A DNA stretch of 64,000 nucleotides from Chrysomallon squamiferum (GCA_012295275.1 CM022672.1:30690001-30754000); one strand, 5' to 3'. Counted from the stretch's first letter, positions 1 to 14,048 are shown. The notes: a model not told the origin generated them from the letters alone. Numbers and translations are program-made.

Positions 1-869
1 CCAGCTGAGAGCGAACACGATGGCGATCATGGTCAGGAGGACGTTGGTCTTTCGCTTCCGCCTGGAATTCCTCTCGTTCTTCTTCCTCTGGTAGGGGAGC
101 TCTGCACGACTCCCTTCTGATTGGCCATTCTGTACCTGAGCTTGTTGCAAATCCTGAAGTGAGCGACGCCGATGATTATGATTGGCATCACGTACTGCAC
201 GACCATCTGCGCCACGGAATACGCGCGCTTCTCCACGGACAACGACGTGTCCTCGATGCAGCGGTAGAACGAGATGTCGTACTCCTCCATCGGTCTGTTC
301 TCCTCGATGATGGAGAAGAGGAGAAACGGGCTGGCCATGAGGAAGGAGATGACCCAGATGCTGATCAGCGCCACGGCGGCTCCTACCTTCTTCATGCTGT
401 CCTTGGTCGGGTAGACGATCACCTGGAAGCGGTCGAGGGCAATCGCCGTGATGCTGATGGTCGACACGAAGACGTTGGTGCCTTGGAACATCGTGACGAA
501 CTTGCACATCAGCGTGCCCAGCGACCACTGCACGTACATGAGCTTGTAGAGGTTGAGCGGCTGCGTGAACATGCACAGCGTGAAGTCGGAGATGGCGAGG
601 TTGATGATGAAGATGTTCCTCGGCGTCCGCATGTGCGCGTTCCTCGCGACCACGTGGCACACGAGGCCGTTGCCGAGGGCGCCGAACGTGATGAGGAGGA
701 CGTAGGCGAGGCAGAGCACGATCTCAACCGACGGGTCGAAGTACTTGGCGTTGATGTTCTGCTGTAAGATCTGGATGTACAGCTGATGGTTGAATTCGTG
801 GCCCACGGAAGTGTTGTACAGCGCAGTCTCGAAGTACGAAATGATCACAGTCTTGTTCACTGCCGCCAT
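1..869 (-). CDS. NPFR: Class A GPCR, neuropeptide F/neuropeptide Y receptor-like (partial: continues past the left edge; apparent 1-nt frameshift near 94-97)
   Basis: Translation shows TM1 GALGNGLV, RNAHMRTPRNIFIINLAISD (TM2 LAxxD), ECL1 W-x-L-G...C, TM3 VFVSTISITAIALDRFQVIVYP (very like invertebrate NPF receptors from recall), TM4 IWVISFLMASP, an ECL2 Cys and TM5 QYVMP. The shifted frame gives RRKRKTNVLLTMIAIVFALSW (TM6). The ATG at 869-867 has good Kozak context (AAC ATG G); the track's start at 881 is a TTG. Strong GC3 bias against AT-rich flanks. Confidence 0.9.
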
Positions 870-886
870 GTTGCTTTTCAAACGAA

Positions 887-915
887 CTTAGAGAGAGACA
901 GAGAGGGAACAAGAA
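887..915 (-). promoter_or_regulatory. Probable 3' splice acceptor ahead of the first coding exon
   Basis: Minus strand reads ttcttgttccctctctgtctctctctaAG|ttcgtttgaaaagcaacATG: a polypyrimidine tract plus AG 17 nt before the ATG, implying upstream non-coding exon(s). Confidence 0.65.
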
Positions 916-1194
916 TGAATTAAACGGCAAACAGCCGTGTTCCGTTGATGTATAATCCTCGAATCACCAATCAATGCATACTGAAATTATTCCAAAACTT
1001 CCAACACTAACGATGATTATAAACAATATTCATTGACTCGGCGGTAATTTAAAAAATTAAAACTCCTCCTCAAAGTCTGAGTGGTTCAATATTTATTTTT
1101 AAATATCTCGTCATTGTGTCAGTGATAAAGATTTTTTTTTTTTAAATATCAAACCATTGTTAATTTATAGCACAAAATTTAAAACTCGTTCCTT

Positions 1195-1515
1195 TACTTG
1201 CTGTTATTCAAAACAATCTTATTATTGACTTCGAATTCCGTTCTATAGAATATACTGTGAAATGAAAAATGAAAAACACAATTCTGCTATTAAGAAAAAA
1301 ATCATCAACAATATTTAATACGAATTCCGAGTTAATTGAAATATTGCCACAATACAGAATATATTCTATCAGTTCTGTTATTTAAAAACCATCAACGCTA
1401 TTTATTTCGAATTCCATTCCAGAGAAAATGTTGTCAAAAACACAATTCTGTTATTTAATAAAACAGTCGTCAAGGTTATTCACTACGAATTCCTTTTCGA
1501 GATGAAATATTGTCG
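1195..1515. repeat. Degenerate ~80-90 bp tandem repeat, about 4 units
   Basis: CGAATTCC recurs at ~1232, 1321, 1408 and 1486, with shared 'acacaattctgytatt' and 'catcaac' blocks. Confidence 0.7.
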
Positions 1516-1909
1516 GAATTGTAAACCTGTTTATTTACTTCTGTCGTACATACTTACAACCACAGGTAAATAATAATAATTATAGTAATGATATTAATTC
1601 CGTAAGTAATAAGTATCTACCTGTGAAAGACAATATCCAGACAATGCTGAAATCACTGTACGGTAATAACAATCTTACTTGCTGCATTCATTTTAACAAA
1701 GAGTTCCAGTCCCGTGAACGTCAACGCTCGGCGATTTCCGTAATAATAAATCACACGTCTGCTGTAATTACTTACTAGGACAGGCAGAGAATGGAATAAC
1801 GAAATACACAAACATCTGCACGTTCACTGACGTCGTCCATCTTCTCATCTGCAGCATGTTATCCGAAGCGCACTATCAACTGCGAACCGTTTTCTCTATT
1901 AAACCGCAC

Positions 1910-2322
1910 CTTTGCAGTTTTTACGCTTCCAAAATCACTTTATCTCATCGATTTTCAGAAGTCAGTCCTTTGCGGCAGTTGCCGTGTTGCCTGGACAAAC
2001 TCTGATGCACACGCTGCGGTCCTCCTGTTTACCAGAAACGACCATGTTGGTCGCACGACTACAAAACACTGGTGGGAGAAACCCTGCCTGCCACTCAGTC
2101 AGTGGAGAGAAGAGAATGAAAGTGGAATTTCACTGCTGCGAGTTAAAAGAGGATATCTGTTAGATGTAGACTTTTCGGTGATTCGATGGTGAAGCAGGTT
2201 GTACAGTTGTGTGCTTCCGCCAATGAAATTTGTGATTTGTTATTCCTGGGAATCAAACACCTATCAGTGTGTGTCTGACAGTCTGGATCACTCGACAGAA
2301 AAAAAAAATAGTTCACTTGTAT
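1910..2322 (-). other. Candidate non-coding 5' UTR exon of the receptor
   Basis: Unique, GC-richer segment bounded on the minus strand by ttttctttttatatattattgcAG| (2324-2323) and AAG|GTGCGG (1909). Based on splice-like signals only. Confidence 0.25.
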
Positions 2323-2660
2323 CTGCAATAATATATAAAAAGAAAATAACAATTAATTTTCGTCAGTAGCAATAATCTCAATAACAAGAAAAATATTAAA
2401 ACTTATAATAACAACAATAAAAACAAAAGCATCAGCAGCAAGAGTAACAACAAATACAACAACATCAACAAAAACAACAACAATAATAATAATAATAATA
2501 ATAAATATTTATTCATTAGAAGTTAGTATGGCTAATTTTTCGATTGTTTATAAGTAGTTGTAACAAAAATATCAAACGTAATATTAATAGTAGTAGTAGT
2601 TGTTGCTGTTGTTGTAGTGGTCGCAGTAGGAGGAGAAGAAAGAGGAACAGAATTAATATT

Positions 2661-3686
2661 TCTGCATAAACAGCTATATTAAAAACACGTAGTGGAAATC
2701 TCTACATAAACAGCTATATCAAAAACACGTAGTAGAAATATTTATGTAAACAGCTATATTAAAAACACGTAGTAGAAATCTCTACATAAACAGTTATATT
2801 AAAAACACATAGTAGAAATATTTATGTAAACAGCTATATCAAAAACACGTAATAGAAATATTTATGTAAACAGCTATATTAAAAACATGTAGTAGAAATC
2901 TCTACCTAAACTGCTACTTTAAAAACACGTAGTAGAAATATTTATGTAAACAGCTATATTAGAAACACGTAGTAGAAATCTCCACATAAACAACTATATT
3001 AAAAACACATAGTAGAAATATTTATGTAAACAGCTATATTAAAAACATGTAGTAGAAATCTCTACATAAACAGCTACTTTCGAAACACGTAATAGAAATC
3101 TCTACATAAACAGCTATATTAAAAGCACGTAGAAGAAATCTCTACATGAAAAACTATTTTAAAAACAAATAGTAGAAATCTATACATAAACAGCTATATT
3201 AAAAACACGTAGTAGAAATCTCTACTTAAACAGCTATATTAAAAACACGTAGAACAGAACTCTACATAAACAGCATATTAAAAACACGTAATAGAAATCT
3301 CTACATAAACAGCTATTTTAAAAACACGAAGTAGAAATCTCTACATAAACAGCTATATTAAAAACACGTAATAGAAATCTCTACATAAACAGCTATATTA
3401 AAAACAAGTAGTAGAAATCTCTACATAAATAGCTATATTGAAAGCACGTAGAAGAAATCTCTACATGAAAAACTATTTTAAAAACAAGTAGTAGAAATCT
3501 CTACATAAACAGCTATATTGAAAGCACGTAGAAGAAATCTCTACATGAAAAACTATATTAAAAACACGTAATAGAAATCTCTACATAAACAGCTACATTG
3601 AAAGCACGTAGAAGAAATCTTTACATGAAAAACTATTTTAAAAACAAGTAGTAGAAATCTCTACATAAACAGCTATATTAAAAACA
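2661..3686. repeat. 40-bp minisatellite, about 25.5 units
   Basis: Consensus TCTACATAAACAGCTATATTAAAAACACGTAGTAGAAATC head to tail, with one 39-bp unit near 3271 and no unique spacers. Confidence 0.97.
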
Positions 3687-4351
3687 TTCGTGACGTCATC
3701 GTTTATGTGACTTGTAGGTCTCTTGTTTTCACAACCGTTAGAGAAATACTAGAGCAAATCGATTCGTTCTAGTCGCGATGACGTCACGAGTTCACAGAAA
3801 TGGCGGCACCTAAATATATTTAAACTGTAGTCTTTTGATGGTATACTTTTTATTAACTTTACACAAAATAATATATATATATGTATGTATGTATGTATGT
3901 ATACATACATACATACATACATACATACAGACATACATACATATATAGTTAAACATAATTTGGAACTATGTAGAATATATTTAGATTTCTTGTTAGTTTG
4001 ACCAAATGACAACAAGGCGAATTTCATTACAAAAATGGTTCACTTTTGTAATCGTCCAAGAAAAGTAAGGGAAAGAATTATTCATACTTAAAATACAAAA
4101 TATTAAATAAATAAATAAATAAATAAATAGAAATAAAGAATGGAAAAGAAAATTGATAGAAAATTATTTATAACAAGGAAGAAAGGACAAAACAAGCAAT
4201 GTCGGAAGACAGGAATATCATTTTAAAATATAAAATTTTCTATTTAATTATTTACTTCATTATTAACATTAAACTTGTCAGAGACAGTCCTCGATATAAC
4301 ATTTCTGTTTTGTTTGTTTCTTCTTGCTTTTTTGCTTTTAAAATATATATA

Positions 4352-4691
4352 CAGGTACCGTACCAATCATCCGGCATTATGAATTCCGGAAAGTCCAGAA
4401 AACCGGAAGTTTTTTTCCCGATGCTATTTTCATAGTTTAGTGCGCGCGGTTGTTATCCTCACCAGACTGGAACTACTCTTTCAAGCCGCGTGGTGTTCAT
4501 TCACTCGCCGCATTGTTTACGTGTCGAGTCGCCACAGTTGTGTATCGTTAATTTTCTTTGTGTTTTTATTTTTAAAATCTTCATTCCTAATTATTTACGT
4601 ATTTAGATGCTTTGGTACCAGAAAACCGGAAAATCCAGAAATCCGGAATGCCCCAGGCCCCAAGGAGTCCGGATAATTGGTCCAGTACCTG
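4352..4691 (+). mobile_element. MITE copy 1 (340 bp), Tc1/mariner-pogo type
   Basis: TA|CAGGTACCGTACCAATCATCCGG ... CCGGATAATTGGTCCAGTACCTG|TA: ~23-bp TIRs, TA target duplication, no coding capacity, two further copies in the window. Confidence 0.92.
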
Positions 4692-5614
4692 TATATATTT
4701 TTTAAATCATATTTTAACAGTTTTCTTTTTCAAGTGTACTTTACATCGAGCGAGTGTAGTTACTGCAGCACACAAATGAATGTTATCAAAAAGTGTCAAG
4801 ACTCTGTCACTAAATTAATAAAACAAAATTTTCTACCGCAAAAATGTTTTCCATGCCTGTAGGCAAAAAAGCCATTTTTCATCAAATTACTGGTGCTTAG
4901 CTGAAAATAGTACACAAATGACATTCATGGTCAAAATTAATTTTCTTTTTTTTTTTTTCTCTCTTTTTTCTCCAAAATCACGTGATGTGAATTTGTCCAA
5001 TCTAAGTCCTGCACTCTTACAAAGAAGAATTATTTATTTGTTTATTTATTCTGTTAATTTTTTTTTTTCTTTCTTATCATCTTAATTATCACCAACAACA
5101 TCATTATCATCGTCATCATCGTCTTCGTTGTTGTTGTTTTTTTTTTTATAAATTACACACACACGATCATCTAATAAGTAAATAAAGAATAAATTGCTTT
5201 AAAAATATTAATCAATTACTCGCTGTTGACCTCGAGGTCACTGACATGTCAGACGTCGGAATCAAAGAAGCAGTTATCTCCCGTATCAGACGCGAAACAA
5301 AAGAAAAGAAAATTGTGTTTGTTCTGAAGGTTTTGGTCAACCACTCGCTATCAAAACCGCCATTGTGTTTTTTTCTCTCTCTCTAAACGTACGACCGTTA
5401 ATTTTAACAACGAGCCGAGAACGTACAAAGAAAAAATAATTTTCACTGCATGGGAAACAATAAATATAATCAATGTATTTGTAGGCTAATATGAAATACA
5501 AGATATACCAACCCTGACGATCTCCTCAGTCAATAGTTGTTAAGTCGCGTAGCAGAATAATTAACTGTTGTTAATTCGCTTGAAGCTGGAGCAGAAATGG
5601 AGCCATTCCTGCAC

Positions 5615-5895
5615 CAAACATTTGTTTGTAAACAAGACAAAAATGATTGTAAACGAGACAAAAATGTATGTTTGTAGACATGACCAAACGTAACGTTTGT
5701 AAACAATACAAAATATATGTTTAACAGCAAAACGAAATATATGTTGTGAATATGACTTAACGTAACGTTTGCAAAAAAGAGAAGAAATATGTGTTTGTAA
5801 ATATGACCAAACATAACGTTTCTGTAAGCAAAACGAAGTACATGTTTATGATTGTTATTATAATGATTGTTCCAAACATATTGTTTTATAAGCAA
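5615..5895. repeat. Degenerate tandem repeat (~60-bp period)
   Basis: Recurring 'atgtttgtaaa', 'atgaccaaacrtaacgttt' and 'gcaaaacgaa' blocks. Confidence 0.6.
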
Positions 5896-6528
5896 AATTA
5901 ATTATTATTTTTATTATTAAAAATTATTATTAAATTATTACCATTATTATTATTACAATGACGCAATAAAACAAATCCGATTCCACTTCACACTCTACTC
6001 CTTTCGATTACTCCACAAACAAATCTTTCAAAGTCGAAAAAAACAAAACAAAAACAGACCAGGAGCGAGGAACTGGCTGGATCGGGAAATAGCCGTAAGT
6101 GGATTGGCTGAGATCGGCAGCACCTGCAACCTGTGATTTCCAGCGCTGTCACTGAGGCCACGAGGCTGGTCCTGCTGTGGATCGTTAATGGCGGATAATA
6201 CGTTTTTATACCCTTTCATAAGCTGCTCCCTGGAGAAAGCGAAAAACTGAAGCCTTTGGTCGTCTGACGAAAACATTTACACACGAAATGCGGAACTACA
6301 GCGCCAGATTTCCCAGCGGTAATTTCGAACTTGTTATCTGTTTTTAACTTCGTGTTGCTAAAACGGTTCTTTAGCACTCGTGTAACCTAGCTGTCCTTCA
6401 GATTTTCTGAACCAGTTTTAGAAGAGGTAACTCACAAACACGCGCATGTAAACAACACAGGGACTCAACTGTGAGAGGTAACTTTATCTTTTAATACATT
6501 ATGGGACAAAAAAATATATATATAAAAA

Positions 6529-6530
<2 letters not shown>

Positions 6531-6609
<79 letters not shown>

Positions 6610-7015
6610 AATAAATAAATATATAATAAATAAAAAATAAATTAGAATGATCTTATTGGTTTCAGTCCTCGTTGTTGACATTTTAATGTATATACAAATT
6701 TCAGTATCTATTTATCAATTAATCCTTTCTTACATGAAAAAGCACGTACCATATACATACACATACCATACACATACACAGATACATACACAGATACATA
6801 CACATAAACATACACATATACATACACATAAACATACACATAATCATACACATACACATATACATACAGATACCATGTATGTGTATGTGTATATATATAT
6901 ATATGTACGTATGTATATAAACACATACACAAATATACACCACACATATACATATATATCCATATATTCAGACACACACACACACACACACAAACACACA
7001 CAGAAGACACACACA
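6531..7015. repeat. (TAA)n microsatellite followed by CA/TA low-complexity tract
   Basis: Direct reading of the sequence. Confidence 0.9.
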
Positions 7016-7399
7016 CCAATGATCACATCCTGTCCCTAAATGAGATCACAAAATTAAAACAGAATATAACCATCAACACGTGAGGGAGTAGACTTGATTG
7101 ATAAACAATGGAAGCCATCATCTACTTCCTGACATCTGATTATTCTCTTTTCGTCTGATTCATTTCCCCTGTGACTTTCACGTGTTAAACCTACGTTACG
7201 AAAGTAAGTGATATATTAAAGATTTAAAACGTGAGATGCTGACGTCTAAGTAAATGGGTCACACGGAACTGTGAGATTGCTGCCAGCGATTCGGGTATCA
7301 AGAAACATAATGGTCTGTGGAGAAGAAAAAAAAAAAAGATGGATTTGAGAGATCAATTTTCGTGTTTCAGTGTCTTTTTTTTTCTTTTAATAACCATAA

Positions 7400-7840
<441 letters not shown>

Positions 7841-8049
7841 AACAGAAAGAATGCTGTCTGTTCACATAATACTGCATCATGCACTATTACCGGGAATCTT
7901 TTTGCTCTGTTGTAATATTGAATTTTACATACGACGGAGAAGAGTGCATTAGAAAATGAAAAATGATTTGTGAATTTTTCTGTCTGTGTCAAAAATCTCA
8001 TTAAGACAAATAACACAATGTCATTTAGTCGCGCGTAAGTAAAAATGTG

Positions 8050-8298
8050 GAAATATCACGTGTTACTAGTGTAAGTGAAAATATCACTTCTTACCAGAAT
8101 AAATCTGAAATATCACGTTTTATTCGAGTAAGTGAAAATATCACTAGTGTTACTAGTCTAACTGAAAATATCAGGTTTTATTCCAGTAAGTGTAAATATC
8201 ACCTGTTACTAGTGTAAATAAGAATATCAACTGTTACTAGGATAAGTAAGAATATTACCTGTTACTAGGATAAGTGAAAATATCACGTCTTCCTGAGA
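8050..8298. repeat. ~28-bp minisatellite, about 9 diverged units
   Basis: Consensus approximately GAAAATATCACGTGTTACTAGTGTAAGT. Confidence 0.88.
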
Positions 8299-8565
8299 AT
8301 CAAATTATTTATTAATGTAGTTACCTATTTAGTTTTTTTCCGAGCAAAATTATATTTAATTTCATTCTAAAAATCTTTGTGGCAGTTTGGCAGGCTTTAA
8401 CCTCTAATAACAGCTAATTTAAATCTAATAAACTGCAGAATATCGCCGTAGGGAGTTTACAGAAGATTCATTCACTTAGGTTGGCGGATGCGCTTTTTTT
8501 TGCACATTTGTTCCTTTTTTATGTGAGTTTGACAATTACCTGTACTGTTCAAATCTTGGCAGTGG

Positions 8566-8612
<47 letters not shown>

Positions 8613-8742
8613 TGTTTGTGTATAGGTGTGTGTGTGTGCCCGTATACGTGTGTCTGGGTGTATTCTGTGTGCATAAAACTCTGTTTATGTGTGTCTTTTT
8701 TGGCTCTATCTCTATGTGGATATTTGTGTGTGTCGCGATTGG

Positions 8743-8820
8743 GTGAGTGAGTGAGTGAGTGAGTGAGTGAGTGAGTGAGTGAGTGAGTGAGTGAGTGAGT
8801 GGATGAGTGAGTGGGTGAGT
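8743..8820. repeat. (GAGT)n microsatellite
   Basis: Direct reading of the sequence. Confidence 0.95.
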
Positions 8821-9197
8821 GTGTATAAGTATATTGCAAAGGATTCCTTGTGCTCCAGTTTTATTCAACAGGACACACATACCACGGCTTTTAATTCAGA
8901 ATTAATGGAAGGGCAATAAAAAAAACCTCTGCAGTGGAATAATAAAAAATTGATCAAGAGATAATTTTGTTTCATAAGATTGAGCTGTTCACAGTTTGTT
9001 GTATTTTCTAGAAATATAAACATTACAACAAACAAGCCAGACGATTTAAAAATAGTAGAATAGAAATTAGAAACTCATAATAATCTACACAATAGTTTTC
9101 AACAGTTACTATTCAATAGTTTTCTTCTGTTTTTTTTCCTTCGTCTTTTTTTTTTCCTTCGTCTTCTTTTGTTTTGAAGCTTATAAACTATTTATTA

Positions 9198-9620
9198 TTT
9201 TTTTCTCATAAATTATGTCTTTAAAAACACACTAGATTACAATATGAAAACGACAATAATCTATACACTTTTACTATTCACTAGTTATTTTCTTATTTAT
9301 TTCTTATTTATTTATTTATTTTTGATTTGTAAATTATATATTAGTTTTCTCTCATAATTATATCATTAAAAACACGCCACTTTGCAACTTGAAAACGACA
9401 ATAATCTATATACTCTGTTGATTTCTTTTTCAGTTACCATCATCATCTTTCAAGACCGATCAAATACGAACGTGAAACTAATAAACAATTCATTAACAGG
9501 TTTCTTTTTCACAGTCATCTTTGAAAACCCAGCTGACAATATGAAATTAATAACAATCTCGACACACTGTCGGCCTGATTAGTTCTCTCCTTCGATTATG
9601 TCTTTTAAAACCTGCCAGAT
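9198..9620. repeat. Local diverged direct duplication (~145-bp spacing) with a partial third copy
   Basis: 'tctcata..ttat.tc.ttaaaaacac...tgaaaacgacaataatctata' at ~9205-9270 and ~9348-9415; partial copy at ~9585-9620. Confidence 0.75.
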
Positions 9621-9903
9621 AAAAACCCAGCTTCTGTTCAACGACGTTTCGTGCACACACGACACGGGTAACCTCAACTCAGCTCAGTCCCGCCATTTAA
9701 CCAACTCAAAGTGATATTTTTTATTATTATTTCTTATTTTCCTTTTTAATTATTAACGAACAGGAGTTAATTAGCTATTGAATGCCAAGACAGTCACTGA
9801 AATTCTACACATCATTCAGAATCGACCTGCTGCCGAAAGTATATGCCAATCCATCAGTTGTAAATATTGGTCTATATTGTATTGTTCCATATTTTATAAA
9901 CAC

Positions 9904-9971
<68 letters not shown>

Positions 9972-10414
9972 CACTGTCTGTATGTTATTTACATTTCTTT
10001 CTCCCCGTAATATTTCTTATTTTGTTTTTTATTGTTTAAGGACAATGAAATATTTTTCTTTCGTGAGAGAGAAGAAACGCAGGTGTGATGTAAAGTCTGA
10101 TATCACTTTTATATCCGCAGTCAAGTATAATAGTTAATAGCCCAATGAGAAGTATTCTAGAACGGGAAATAAATCAATGGGCGCTGAGAAAAAAAAAATG
10201 GGACATACGACACATCAATCTGTTGATCAACAAACACAAGTATGATTCTAGGCAGGGATATTTAATTTCATTTTGCACATTGTAGATATCTTATGTTCTT
10301 ATACTACATAGGAACAGTCTGGAATGGGATAATCAATAGTGCTTTTCTTTATTGAAATATCGTATATTCTGATTTAGTAGACGTATCTTTGTATACAGTG
10401 TAAGTACAATTCTT

Positions 10415-10482
<68 letters not shown>

Positions 10483-10534
10483 ATTTATAATAGATTTATC
10501 TTTATACCTGAGTAGTTATAAATCTCTGTAGCCG

Positions 10535-10578
<44 letters not shown>

Positions 10579-11556
10579 ATGTGCATGACTGAGTCTGTGC
10601 ACTTTCATCAATTAGTCCTGCATTCACAAAAATTTTCAAATATTTCACGATTTAAAATATTAATAATATTATCTAGTTTTTCGTTTAGTTATTCAAGCCT
10701 ATCAGTATTTTCGTTCATCGAACAAATTCCTTAAAGTAAAAAAAAAAGAAAAAAAAATAACAATAAATAAATAATGACAAGAAAAATTTAAAAAAAAAAA
10801 AAAAAAAAATCCTGGTTCAAAGAGAAAAATAAAACGATTTTGAGAGGCCGCGGGCGAAATCTAACGTAAAAATAATGAAGAAAAATGGCGGCACATTTTT
10901 CACGTCTGCAAAGTGGGGTTAACGACGTGTTTCAAAAAAAACAACAAAAAATTAAAAATAGCAGACGACAGCAGAGTCGACATTCAGTTTGGGTTAAGAG
11001 AAACGTAACAAGAAACCTGCTTACGACGGCCTGTTTACCGCGTATGAATACATCACAGGAGGCAGGTCGGCCAGCGGGTACGAAACAACGCGAAGATTAG
11101 TTCATTGTGAACACGTCAGAAGCAGATGACGTTCAAGTCATACGCAGATTTTTACTACGTCATCTTCTTATTGTGGATTATGCAACCTGACCAAACCCCT
11201 GCCTCACAGTTAGAACGAGTTTGTGATGAATTTCACCCAGGGAATTGTCTAACTTCTTTTATTGTCGCCGTCTTAAATAATTTTGTTTTTCGCTTGTTCC
11301 GAAAAAGCAATTTCTGTTCTTTTTTCCGAACGCGTGAACTAGTTTTAACACAGAAACACATATTTGTTTTCACTGTAAATATATTGTTTAATAATCAATA
11401 ATGAAAAACAACAACAAAAAAAATAATAATAATAAAATAATAAATAAATAAATAAATAATAATAATTATAAATGAATAAATAAATAAATAAAATCAATAA
11501 TAATAACAAAATAATAAAACAAAATAAAAATAAATAAAATAATAAAAAATAATAAC

Positions 11557-11587
<31 letters not shown>

Positions 11588-11681
11588 GCAAGTAAATAAA
11601 TAAATAAAACAATAATTAAAACAAAATAACAAAACAAAATTAAAATAAATAAATAAAATAAAATTATTTAATTGCTCTTAT

Positions 11682-11788
11682 TATTGAAAAGTAAAATATT
11701 ATTTAATTATTAATATTGAAACACAAATTGTTATTTAATTATTAATGTTGAAAAGTAAAATATTATTTAATTATTAATATTCAAAAGT
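11682..11788. repeat. ~32-bp AT-rich tandem repeat, about 3.4 units
   Basis: 'ttgaaaagtaaaatattatttaattattaat' repeated. Confidence 0.85.
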
Positions 11789-13290
11789 CTTTTTTAATTA
11801 TGAATTACTTACCCATTATCAATATGCATGACATTTTATTTTGAAATAAATATTTTAAGTTAACCTGTAAATTTACTTCTGCAAAATAATGATTCTGACG
11901 TAGAAGGCAGTTGCTGATTTTTAAATTTAGTTTCCAAACAGAACTCTATAAATAGTTAAACAAAATAAATAAATAAATAATTTAAAACACACAAAAAAAC
12001 TAAGGTACGTGTTGTCCTGACTAGAGTGACATTTAATCTGAATTATCACCCTTTCTTTGTGTCTCTGGGAGATCCACGACTGCTGGGTCAAAGTTCACAG
12101 TATGTACTGTTCTCTCTTTCAACATTTATTTCCACAAAACCTGTGATTTTAGTGTAAAACAACAATAACCAGAGTTTTTGTTTTCCATATTTTACCGTGT
12201 AAGATTTTCTGTTTCAAAAAGACATTTGAAGTAGCAAATATAGAGTCGAGCGACCTAAATAGCAAACAAATTATCTGTAAAATCTTTCTTCAAAACGATA
12301 TAGCCTGAGGTGAAAACAAATAGAAAAGAAATATTTCATTTTAACATATCGATATTCTGCCGTTTTCTGGCGTCATGTATAATTTTAATCAAAGAATGCA
12401 AATAATGAGATAAGAATCAGGCTACTTGTTTACGATTAGCGAGAAGGGATAATTTTATAGATGCCTTCTCACTAACAGGAAAAGTTATTCTAAAGATTTC
12501 TATAAACTGGGTCGTTTGGCTGGAAAGGAACATAATCCACTAAAGAGCTGATGTAGACAGAAGAAGAAACTGATATTAATTAGTCTGGGGTATAAATGCA
12601 AGAAGTGAAGCACGCATTTCCTGGACCATCAGCTGCCATTTAGTCGATGGTTTATTCTAAGCCAAAGAGGCGACGCGAGAAAGAAGCCGGCTTTGACAAG
12701 AACGAATATTTCCAAAGAGTTTTACGTTAGACTGCGCAGTTTCTCTGACCGGTCCATTTTCATTAACTTCCCAAACAACAACAACAACTACAACTATGAC
12801 GTCAGGTCTGCATCTCCCCCCCTCCCGCCAGTGTCACGGCAACGGCCACGGCGACGTGTTCAGCCTTGGCTTGATTAACCTGTGAGACAGTTCATCGTGT
12901 GTGAGTGTTGTGACCGGTTTTTCATTTAGTCCATTAACGCGTCTTTCTCTCTCTCGCGTTGTCACGCCACGGCCTGTTCAGCCTTTTTCTACTTAACTAC
13001 TTTCATGTTCCACACCCCGCGTGCTGTCTCTTTCTTTCTTTCTTTCTTTCTTTTATATATATTACTGATTTCATCTTCTCTATTGCGTGTTAGGAATTCA
13101 GTGCGAGTGCCAGGGGTCGCGGGTTCGGAGCTCGTAAACAGAAATCACTTCACTTTGATGTCTGATTTGTTAAAAGTGAGGATAACTGAATAACACGTCG
13201 GTGATATTTTAATTAAAAAAAGAAAAAAAAAATGTTTCTTGATTTCTTTCTCTGTGTGCGTTCATGATAAAATTTATATATATTATGAGA

Positions 13291-13325
<35 letters not shown>

Positions 13326-13385
13326 AATAATGAAAACTATTAAGTAGATAGGAACCGTGAAAACAGTTGTTAGTTCAGTCAAAGG

Positions 13386-13511
<126 letters not shown>

Positions 13512-14001
13512 TGTTTATGTTAGCTATTACAGCTATCACCAGCGATAACATAAACCCTATGCTGTTGTGATTTTTTCTAATTAATATTTCACATATCACA
13601 GACCGTTATGCATCTGTCCTTTCCAATGACTTTTAGGAATTGCTGACGTGTAGACAACAACTGTGATTTGCATAAACTAAACAATGGGACTAAACCTTAT
13701 TTGATGAACACTGATGTGAACACTGGTTTGTGAACACTGATAAAAATTAATTAATATTCGTAAAGTCAACACGAACTGATTGTAAACAACTGTATTTAAA
13801 TCAAAACTCATATTGTATGTGATGACGTATGGAAACATATTATATATCACTGATATGAGAATGAAAAGGAACTGAACATGAATGCAATAAGATCTCCAGT
13901 TTTTAATAATATTGTAATAATGTGTGCAAAGAACAAGGAAATTATTTTTATTATTATTATTATTGCTGTTGTTGTTGTAGTTCTGGTTGTTGTTATGGTT
14001 G

Positions 14002-14048
<47 letters not shown>

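Noticed and set aside
85-110. Programmed ribosomal frameshift or a tiny intron explaining the GPCR frame break
   Set aside because: No canonical slippery heptamer and no plausible-length GT-AG intron; a single-base homopolymer deficit explains it fully.
159-767. 202-aa plus-strand ORF, and the nested minus-strand alternative-frame ORF 509-727
   Set aside because: Shadow ORFs produced by the GC3-rich receptor exon; no recognisable motifs.
2661-3686. Regular ~40-bp periodicity as a CRISPR array
   Set aside because: Units are contiguous and near-identical with no unique spacers, there are no cas genes, and the context is eukaryotic. The same applies to 8050-8298 and 25715-26397.
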